A DNA stretch of 64,000 nt from Candidatus Yanofskybacteria bacterium RIFCSPHIGHO2_02_FULL_43_17 (GTDB lineage Bacteria > Patescibacteriota > Minisyncoccia > 2-02-FULL-40-12 > GWA2-44-9). Positions 56,868 to 64,000 of the stretch are shown here, piece after piece. A program made the translations under genes and the position numbers. The stretch's first letter is position 1; the number at the start of each line of letters is the position of its first letter. The stretch covers positions 90,256-154,255 of the forward strand of contig MGJU01000013.1 of the NCBI GenBank assembly GCA_001794435.1, in the 5' to 3' direction. The notes under the pieces were generated by a model, which was not told the origin of the DNA, searched no databases, and was given only the letters and a program-made list of their open reading frames with translations.

Positions 56868-58652
56868 GTGTCAAAAATAATACCCCCAAACTCGGCTGAC
56901 AAAAAAAATGCCCTGCGCAGCACAGTTCATCCTGCAGACGTTATTAAAGACATAAAGGCCAAGGACCTCGAGGGAACAAATTTGCTTTTTATTAATATGC
57001 CTCTGCGCGAAAGCGCCAGACCGAACACTACTCCCGAAGGACCGCTTCTTTTGGCCACTCGTCTGCGCCAGCAATATGGCGTGGAAAAAACATCCATTAT
57101 CGACTTGAATGGCTATCGAAGGCAGGACGAAGAAGCAAGGCAACGCGGCCTTATCAACGGCCGTCATCTGAACAACGAGGAGGTATTCGGCAAGATTGAG
57201 CGACACATCAAAGCCCACGGAGAACCAGATATTGTTGCTTTTTCGGGCAAAATTACTACACACAAGTGGCAGAAAAAAGTGGCCAAGATGGTGCGTGAGA
57301 TAGTACCCAATACCTTCCTCGTTTCAGGAGGAGGGCTGGCTACTGAGCTCAAAGTTGGCCACCTGAACTACACCCCAGAGCTCGACGCTGTAGCGCTTGG
57401 CGAAGGTGATGATATTATCGTCAAGATCGTTATGGATGCTATGACCATCAAACGCCAGGGCTGGAAAAGCGCGATTGCAAGCGGAAAGCTTGCTCCATAC
57501 TACATTGGCGATCTGAATGGTCGGCCAAAACTGGTATATGAAGGGGATAGTCCTCGCAATCTTGACATTCTCCCTTTTGCGGACCTCAAATTTCTACGCG
57601 AAGACGTCGACGGCGAACTACTCCTGGAACGGTACCTTCAAGTACCAGCTTGGAGCGCCAACGCCAATAACTCCTCCGCTACCCCTTGGCGTGATGAAGA
57701 TGTGGTTCCTAAGACCACATCGGTATCAAGTCGTGGATGTAAATTTCACTGCTTCTACTGTTTCCGCGAGACACAGGGTGGTGATAATTGGGGCGTACGT
57801 TCAGCTGAACACATCTTAGCCGAAATCCTTCACAATGTTGAGCGTTACGGTGAAGTATTTCATGGATTCCCTGACGATAACTCTGCCATACGGCCAAGAC
57901 GTTTCGATAGACTTGCCGAGCTCTTCAAACAGCACGGCTTAAACATTAAATGGGGAACCCACACTCGTCTCGACGAAATGGCGGGTCTTAACAAGACGAC
58001 GTACCAGACTGCGGAGTCGATGGCTAAAGCTGGATGTATTTACATTGGATTCGGGCCAGAAAGCGCCAGTCCCCCAGTGCTAGAAGCCATTGGCAAAGGC
58101 GGCCACACACTCACAAACGGAATGATCGAGGTCGTGGTGGGTGGAAAACCTCATTTGTTTCCAAAATCAATGGTGGTCGGCATCCAAGAAGCCTACCGCA
58201 ATGGCATCCACGGAAACTGCACATGGATCATCGGATCGCCAACTGAAACACTCAAAGACGTTCAGGAAAGCGTCCGCTTTATCCAATGGCAGATGGAATA
58301 CTATGCCCAATTCGGCGCCAAGCCAGAATCGGTTAACTCACGAATGTTCACTATGACATGGTATCCTGGAGTCTCGCTCATCAACAACCCCAAGGTGCGC
58401 CAGAAACTCACATCCGCGTTCAACCTTAAGTTCCAAGAACGGCAACTTAAGGTTGCGTACAGAAGCCATTGGGAACCGGTCATGGACGATAATTTTGAAC
58501 GATATGTCGAAGACCTCGATGACGCAACTAAAGTCCTGCACGATCCAAGAACCGGAGAAGCACTACATTTCAGCGATATGCCGACGGACCAATTCCTTCA
58601 AGCCAGAGAATATATTGACTCCGGCCAGACACTCAAAATTCTAGACATGTAA
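56868..58652 (+). CDS. B12-binding radical SAM protein
   Basis: PEGPLLLA, GGGLAT, GEGD, SSRGCKFHCFYC, DDN, GPES; GAGGG before GTG 56868. Confidence 0.85.
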   Translation: MSKIIPPNSADKKNALRSTVHPADVIKDIKAKDLEGTNLLFINMPLRESARPNTTPEGPLLLATRLRQQYGVEKTSIIDLNGYRRQDEEARQRGLINGRHLNNEEVFGKIERHIKAHGEPDIVAFSGKITTHKWQKKVAKMVREIVPNTFLVSGGGLATELKVGHLNYTPELDAVALGEGDDIIVKIVMDAMTIKRQGWKSAIASGKLAPYYIGDLNGRPKLVYEGDSPRNLDILPFADLKFLREDVDGELLLERYLQVPAWSANANNSSATPWRDEDVVPKTTSVSSRGCKFHCFYCFRETQGGDNWGVRSAEHILAEILHNVERYGEVFHGFPDDNSAIRPRRFDRLAELFKQHGLNIKWGTHTRLDEMAGLNKTTYQTAESMAKAGCIYIGFGPESASPPVLEAIGKGGHTLTNGMIEVVVGGKPHLFPKSMVVGIQEAYRNGIHGNCTWIIGSPTETLKDVQESVRFIQWQMEYYAQFGAKPESVNSRMFTMTWYPGVSLINNPKVRQKLTSAFNLKFQERQLKVAYRSHWEPVMDDNFERYVEDLDDATKVLHDPRTGEALHFSDMPTDQFLQAREYIDSGQTLKILDM

Positions 58653-58655
58653 ACT

Positions 58656-58679
58656 AAAAACCTCGCAATGAGGTTTTTT
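58656..58679. terminator. Bidirectional terminator
   Basis: AAAAACCTC-GCAAT-GAGGTTTTT between convergent genes. Confidence 0.75.
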
Positions 58680-58684
58680 CTTTG

Positions 58685-60469
58685 CTACTTTATATTATAC
58701 ATCTTATAGAAGTGGGAGCCCTTATTTTCTAGCAGTTCTTTTGGCGATCCTTTTTCTAAAACTTTCCCGTTTTCTAAAATTATGAGTACGTCTGAATTCA
58801 TTATTGTAGAGAGGCGATGAGCCACTGCCAAAACAGTGATTTTGCCCTTCAAGCCATCAATGGCTTTTTGTATCAATGTTTCGGATTCTATGTCTAATGA
58901 ACTCGTCGCCTCGTCAAGGATCAGAATATCCGGCTTGCCGGCCAAAGCTCTAGCCAAAGCGATCCTCTGTCTCTGCCCGCCGGAAATCTTTAATCCCCTT
59001 TCTCCTGTCACGGTATCCAGTCCGTCCGGTAATTTTTTTATAAAATCGTAAATCTGGGCCATTTTTGAAGCCTCAATAATATCTTTTTCAGAGAGATTCC
59101 CGTTATAAAAACGGATGTTGTTCTTAATTGTATCGTTTATCAAAAACACGTCTTGGGAAACATAACTGAACATCTGCCGCCATTTTTTTACATCAAATTC
59201 GCTTATACTGCGGCCGTCTAAAATAATGTCCCCCCCTGACGGCTTTAACAGCCCCAAAAGAACATCAACCAGAGTTGTTTTGCCAGATCCGGAAGAACCA
59301 ATAATGCCAACCATTTGACCCTTTTTAACGGAGAAATTTATATCAGAAAGAACTGGGATATTCTTTTCGTAAAAAAACTTAACATTATTGAAAATAAGTT
59401 CTTTTTTGAAATCGGGAGATAAGAATCCGACTGATTTCTCCTCATTTCTCATTGTTTCTTTCCTGTATTCAAGAACTGTTTCCACATAAGGCGTAATCTC
59501 ATTTATCTGGTGGACATTATTTTGGGCTGATTGGATAAAAGCAAACATTTTTTGAACAAGATAAACAACCGCCGCAAATGATATTAAATTAAAACCGACG
59601 GAATTGTGGTAAAAAACAAAAAGTCCGGCTATAAACAAAAAACCGACCGGCTCAAAAGCAAGTCCCATAATGTGCTTATATACGGCTATTTGAACCCTAA
59701 GACGCCTTAGTTTTTTAAAAAATATTCTGCTTTCCCGAACAACCTGATCTTCAACGCCTTCTGCCTTAATCATTTTTGCCCCAATCAAACTCTGGCTTAT
59801 TTTGTGAGAAACATCTTTTTCAAAATTAGCCATTTGCCAGCCCCTCTTTTTAGCTTTTGAAAAAATCGGCTTGGCGGCTAAAAACAGAACGGCTCCGAAA
59901 GCGATGGTTAACAGAGTAATGATCGGGGAAATGTTAAACGCAACCAGCGCATATGTTAAAAAGCTGGTAATAAAGAGCACAAAATTAGTTGAGAGAGTTA
60001 TTAAAATTGAACCCTGTGTGACATCGTGCAAAACCACTCTTTCCAGATAACCACTTTTTTGGTTTAGCAGATACGGCCAGTTTGCGGAAAGAGTTTTCCT
60101 AAACAAACTTGTCCTTATTTTTTCCTCATATTCAGCTCCGGTTTTATCGTTTATGTATTTGGCAAAAAACTGTATAACCGCTTTAAAAACAAAAAGAAAA
60201 GCCATTAAGGACACGATTACGGGCAAACTAAAGGAGATGTGGAAAAATGAGAAAAACCTTTCCATTAAATCGGTTAATATATTTGGCTCCGCAATCCCCT
60301 TGTCGGCCAACAAAGAAAACAGGGGTATTATCACGCTGATCCCGATACTGCCGGAAAAACCGGCCAATAAACCCAATACCAAAATAAGAAGGAGGCGCTT
60401 TTTGTAGCCGCGAAAAACTTTATTTATTACCCTAAGAGAGAATTTAATTTTTGAGTAATTTAAAATCAT
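58685..60469 (-). CDS. ABC exporter, fused permease/ATPase (PglK/MsbA-like)
   Basis: TM domain; GSSGSGKT, ISGGQRQR, LDEATS, AHRLST; start reassigned to ATG 60469. Confidence 0.92.
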   Translation of the reverse strand: MILNYSKIKFSLRVINKVFRGYKKRLLLILVLGLLAGFSGSIGISVIIPLFSLLADKGIAEPNILTDLMERFFSFFHISFSLPVIVSLMAFLFVFKAVIQFFAKYINDKTGAEYEEKIRTSLFRKTLSANWPYLLNQKSGYLERVVLHDVTQGSILITLSTNFVLFITSFLTYALVAFNISPIITLLTIAFGAVLFLAAKPIFSKAKKRGWQMANFEKDVSHKISQSLIGAKMIKAEGVEDQVVRESRIFFKKLRRLRVQIAVYKHIMGLAFEPVGFLFIAGLFVFYHNSVGFNLISFAAVVYLVQKMFAFIQSAQNNVHQINEITPYVETVLEYRKETMRNEEKSVGFLSPDFKKELIFNNVKFFYEKNIPVLSDINFSVKKGQMVGIIGSSGSGKTTLVDVLLGLLKPSGGDIILDGRSISEFDVKKWRQMFSYVSQDVFLINDTIKNNIRFYNGNLSEKDIIEASKMAQIYDFIKKLPDGLDTVTGERGLKISGGQRQRIALARALAGKPDILILDEATSSLDIESETLIQKAIDGLKGKITVLAVAHRLSTIMNSDVLIILENGKVLEKGSPKELLENKGSHFYKMYNIK

Positions 60470-60477
60470 TTCCAGGT

Positions 60478-60639
60478 TAGACCTATTGCTTAATAACCTT
60501 TCTACTGCAAGCCTCAAATTTTGGTCATAAGATTATTGAAATTTTCTCGAAATAGTCCACACTATTCCTTAAAAATTTCAATAACTTCTGTCTCAAAACT
60601 TGAGACTTTCGTTGCGAAAATTATTAAGCAACAGGTCTA
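60478..60639. repeat. 162-bp imperfect fold-back (palindromic) element
   Basis: 19-bp terminal IR TAGACCT(A/G)TTGCTTAATAA plus nested stems. Confidence 0.8.
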
Positions 60640-60663
60640 TTTTCCACTATTTTTTGCTAATTG

Positions 60664-62334
60664 TCAATCTGGGATTGTGGCATTTTTGCAATCATAAATT
60701 CTTGAACTTATTTTCCGGCTTATTTTCTCATAAACAACGGCGCAGGTTGAAAAATATTCCCCATATAAACTATCAGAATTAATATGGGGTATGCCTAAGA
60801 CAAAATAATGAATCTTGAAACTATCAAGGATTTCTTTGTATTCTTCTTCGTATTTAGGAACGGCGTAAAGGCGTCGCTGATACTTTCCCATCAACCTTAA
60901 ATCCCGGCTTCCTATGTCATTATAGGTGATGACTTTTTCTATCTCATTATTTTCTTTTATAAAACTTATGGCATTTTTGGTTAAAAACTTTGAACTTCCG
61001 TTAATTTTTCCGAATAAATATTCCTCCGCAAAAACAGTATTATAAACAACCCCTAAAAACAATATGGCAACCATGGCGGAACCGGCTGATTTTTTTTGAA
61101 AAAAGCCCGCACAAGCGATAGATACGGCCGCTATCCACATACCTCCGATAAAAAGCCACGACACATAAAAACCCATCGGCCCGGAACCGCCGGTAAAAGG
61201 AAAAACGAAATTCCACCTTAGATCAAGGACTCTTTTTATCCATTCTTCTTTTGGATAATGAGGGGGAATAAAGTGCGGTAAAAACTGCGTAAAAAATAAG
61301 AACACGGCGACAAATATCCCGGTAAAAATTAAGGAGTTATTATTAAACCTGCGTTCAGACGAAATATCAGCAATAACAACACCGGATATGACACACAAGG
61401 GCACAATAATAAATTGCAGATATTTATCCAAAGCCGCCCTGGAAAAATCAAACAAAAAAATATAAAATATTGATCCCAAAAGAATCAGGAGGAAAGAAAA
61501 TATGATTCTGGAAAAATTATGTTTTCTTAAAAACAGGATCGGGACAAATAGTAAAGGCGATGAATAAAAAATTGCCTTGACTATCTGAATAAAAACTTGC
61601 AAATATGACCGGTCTGAAAATTTAATGGCGCTTTGGGCGTGGCTTATGATTTTTGATAAATCGAAAGTCGGGTAGATGATCTTGGCATTTAATAACGCGA
61701 GAAACATCAAAACGAGAATTCCTATCACGTAAAGGCCGTATTTTATTATAAAGCTTTTGTTAATAAGCGCCCTTTTGTTGTAAAGAAAAGTAAGAAAAAC
61801 CGCCGCAACGGGAATTATAAAACTTAATTTAGTTAAAAACCCCGCAATAATGGCAGCCAGAGTAAAAATTGCCCAAAACAACTTTCTTTTGCGATCATCG
61901 GTTTTTTCCCATTTAAAATAACCGATAAAAGTTAGGAGCAGAAAAAAAGGCAATATCTGGCCGTCCGTATCAACTGTTAAAGAGGCAAGAACGCTGTAAA
62001 ATGAAATTGAGAACAAAAACGCGCTCCATAGCGCCGCTTTGGTATCAAACAAGCTCTTAACTAGAAAAAAGATCAGAAATAGATTTATGAATCCGAAAAT
62101 AAGAGGCGTGGCTCTGAAATAATCCGGCCCGAAGATTTTGGAAGTAAGACCGAAAATTATGCTTGTAAGGGGCGGGTGAGCCGATACTCCTTCCGAATTC
62201 CAAATTATCGGTTTTATGCTCGCGTATTTTGCTTCATCTAGGTGATAGGGCATATCCAAGCCAAAAAATCGTATCAAAATAAATAGGATTATTATTCCGA
62301 CAAAAATTAGTTTTTCTTTTTGATTAAGTATCAT
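60664..62334 (-). CDS. ArnT/PMT-like GT-C glycosyltransferase (GT39/83-like)
   Basis: LIRFFGL...HLDE, HPPL, multi-TM, TK motif. Confidence 0.85.
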   Translation of the reverse strand: MILNQKEKLIFVGIIILFILIRFFGLDMPYHLDEAKYASIKPIIWNSEGVSAHPPLTSIIFGLTSKIFGPDYFRATPLIFGFINLFLIFFLVKSLFDTKAALWSAFLFSISFYSVLASLTVDTDGQILPFFLLLTFIGYFKWEKTDDRKRKLFWAIFTLAAIIAGFLTKLSFIIPVAAVFLTFLYNKRALINKSFIIKYGLYVIGILVLMFLALLNAKIIYPTFDLSKIISHAQSAIKFSDRSYLQVFIQIVKAIFYSSPLLFVPILFLRKHNFSRIIFSFLLILLGSIFYIFLFDFSRAALDKYLQFIIVPLCVISGVVIADISSERRFNNNSLIFTGIFVAVFLFFTQFLPHFIPPHYPKEEWIKRVLDLRWNFVFPFTGGSGPMGFYVSWLFIGGMWIAAVSIACAGFFQKKSAGSAMVAILFLGVVYNTVFAEEYLFGKINGSSKFLTKNAISFIKENNEIEKVITYNDIGSRDLRLMGKYQRRLYAVPKYEEEYKEILDSFKIHYFVLGIPHINSDSLYGEYFSTCAVVYEKISRKISSRIYDCKNATIPD

Positions 62335-62335
62335 G

Positions 62336-63547
62336 CTAATTAGACCCGTTGCCTGTTAAGAAGTTTAAAATTTTACCGGCAATAATTTTGTGGCTGAAAT
62401 TTTTCTCCACATATTCCCTGCCGAACTTACCCATTTCTTCAGCCAACTCGGGATTTGATAAAATCTTATTTATTGCTTCCGCCAATTGTCCTGGGTCATT
62501 TGGCTCAACTAAAAAACCACTCCTACCATCAATTACGACTTCACCGATCGAACCAATATTCGTAGCAACAACAGGAACGCCGCAAGCGCCGGCTTCAGCC
62601 ATAGCGTAGCCAAATTGTTCTTCCCAACCGCCTATGGGCCTGCTTGGAAAAACAAAAACATCAGCTTCGCTCAACAAGGCCGGCAATTCATCATTAAGCA
62701 TCCAATCAAGAAAAACCACCTTGTCTTTTAATTCGTAATTCGTAATTCGTAATTCTAAATCCTTCTTTTCTGGTCCAGTACCGACAATGACTAGTTTTGT
62801 ATTATGTATTAAGTATTCGGTATTGAGCATATTAAAAGCTTCAATCAAAATATCTGTCCCCTTGCGTTTTTCAAGAGCGCCATAAAAAAGAATAATCTTG
62901 TCTCTTGCTTCCCGCCCTTGACGAGGCTCGCCTTTGGCGGCTTGTCTCTTGTCGCTTGGCTTGAACTTTTCCGTATCAACTCCGCTTAGAGGACAAACAA
63001 GAATTTTGAATTTTGAATTTGGAGTTTTGAATTTTTTTATAATATCTACCGCTTTTTTATTCCCACAAATAATTCCGTCGCTTAAAGAAAGATTCAGCTT
63101 AACTAGCGCGTTAGAAAGTTTTAACTTCAAACCCGACATTCGTTTTTCCGGCGCAACATTCTGCCAAGTAAATAAAATGTGCTTATACCCAAATAATTTG
63201 GCAAAAAAACCGTTATAAAGCGTTGAGAGCAAATTTGGCTCAAGACACGAGTAAAGTACCCTTGGGTCGTATTTGAGGCGCAAATAGGGCAAAATCAGGC
63301 AAATAGAAGGCATCCAGCCCTTGAATAGACCACCCAAAAGCGACATGCGACCGTAAGACCAGGCGGATAAACCATATATTTTAAAATCATTCCGACTGGC
63401 CAGATCAATTTTAACCTTTCCTCCTTTTGCTTCCCAATGTTTGGGAAGAATAAAAATAAGGTCGTCTTTGTTTTCCGCATATTCAAAAGCCTTAAAATAG
63501 TAGGGATAAGCGTAGGGATAACCGGTTATGACTATGGGCTTTGCCAT
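62336..63547 (-). CDS. Glycosyltransferase family 4
   Basis: SGVDTEKF, KRKG, DVFVFPS...WEEQFG..MAEAGACGVPVV. Confidence 0.92.
   Translation of the reverse strand: MAKPIVITGYPYAYPYYFKAFEYAENKDDLIFILPKHWEAKGGKVKIDLASRNDFKIYGLSAWSYGRMSLLGGLFKGWMPSICLILPYLRLKYDPRVLYSCLEPNLLSTLYNGFFAKLFGYKHILFTWQNVAPEKRMSGLKLKLSNALVKLNLSLSDGIICGNKKAVDIIKKFKTPNSKFKILVCPLSGVDTEKFKPSDKRQAAKGEPRQGREARDKIILFYGALEKRKGTDILIEAFNMLNTEYLIHNTKLVIVGTGPEKKDLELRITNYELKDKVVFLDWMLNDELPALLSEADVFVFPSRPIGGWEEQFGYAMAEAGACGVPVVATNIGSIGEVVIDGRSGFLVEPNDPGQLAEAINKILSNPELAEEMGKFGREYVEKNFSHKIIAGKILNFLTGNGSN
62911..62940. repeat. 30-bp GC-rich palindromic (REP-like) in-frame insert in the GT4 gene
   Basis: CCCGCCCTTGACGAGGCTCGCCTTTGGCGG, within the segment encoding AAKGEPRQGRE. 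Confidence 0.6.
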
Positions 63548-63552
63548 ATTTC

Positions 63553-63596
63553 AATGTTTACCCCGCCCTTGCCCGCAAGAGCGGGGTTTAAACATT
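63553..63596. repeat. Intergenic GC-rich hairpin (REP-like)
   Basis: AATGTTTA-CCCCGCCCTTGC-CC-GCAAGAGCGGGG-TT-TAAACATT. Confidence 0.65.
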
Positions 63597-64000
63597 CTTA
63601 ATGCGGAGGGTTATTCTTTCGACTAAATTATTAAGAGAGTGGTTTTTTATCACATACTCTCTCAATTCGGCGCTGAAATCATTGCCAACGATTTTTTTTA
63701 TTTTATCGGCCAGCTCTTCGGCGTTATCGCCGCTGACGACTAGTTCTTTGGGCAAAAATTTAATCGCCGCCTCATTAGAACTGATAACGGTAGTGCCGCT
63801 TGCCATTGCCTCAACGATTGTTTTGTCTAAACTTCCTGTTTTACCTAAGTTAATAAGAACGGTATGCGTCTGATAGTAAGATGGAAGTTTGTCATGAGCA
63901 ACCTTGCCTAAAAAAGAAACCTTATCGTCCAACCCCAGCTCTGACACGATTACTTTTAACCGTTTTTCATATTCAAAATCTTTAAGAAAGACCGGCTCTC
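63588..64000 (-). CDS. Glycosyltransferase family 4, C-terminal part (5' end beyond the window)
   Basis: FLGKV, GSLDKTIVEAMASG, ELADKI. Confidence 0.8.
   Translation of the reverse strand, partial: EPVFLKDFEYEKRLKVIVSELGLDDKVSFLGKVAHDKLPSYYQTHTVLINLGKTGSLDKTIVEAMASGTTVISSNEAAIKFLPKELVVSGDNAEELADKIKKIVGNDFSAELREYVIKNHSLNNLVERITLRIKNV

Noticed and set aside
60470-60782. N-terminal extension of the ABC exporter and the + strand ORF 60600-60782 (both containing LLSNRS)
   Set aside because: The shared peptide is simply the two arms of the fold-back element read on opposite strands.

Overview
A ~62 kb surface-glycan biosynthesis island from an AT-rich bacterium using the standard genetic code. 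It is probably a Patescibacteria/CPR (Parcubacteria-like) genome; this is inferred from Lys-rich proteins, the short UDP-glucose dehydrogenase and the C-terminal domain of the first full ORF. It encodes a GDP-colitose-type pathway (gmd, gmm, colD-like, colC/fcl-like) and two nonulosonic-acid modules (three NeuB, two NeuA, NeuC, dehydratase and aminotransferases, an acetamidino-forming amidotransferase plus a HisF-HisH fusion, KdsC). It also encodes many glycosyltransferases (GT2, GT4, GT-C), a priming sugar transferase, a Wzx flippase, an ABC exporter, methyltransferases and two B12-radical SAM enzymes. Non-obvious structure: (1) a ~280 bp GIY-YIG mini-element with 16-bp terminal inverted repeats, plus a 116-bp gene-less sister element with the same termini, both inserted exactly at ATG start codons; (2) about ten monocistronic cassettes, each with its own sigma70 promoter, purine-rich leader and terminator, interleaved in the operons; (3) two paralogous, apparently circularly permuted sialyltransferase-like proteins; (4) polar heptamer-repeat hairpins at four gene junctions, and heptamer/REP-like insertions inside a GT4 gene; (5) a 162-bp fold-back element; (6) unusual fusions (KdsC-LOG, PHP-ATP-grasp, HisF-HisH). 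No rRNA, tRNA or CRISPR array was seen.
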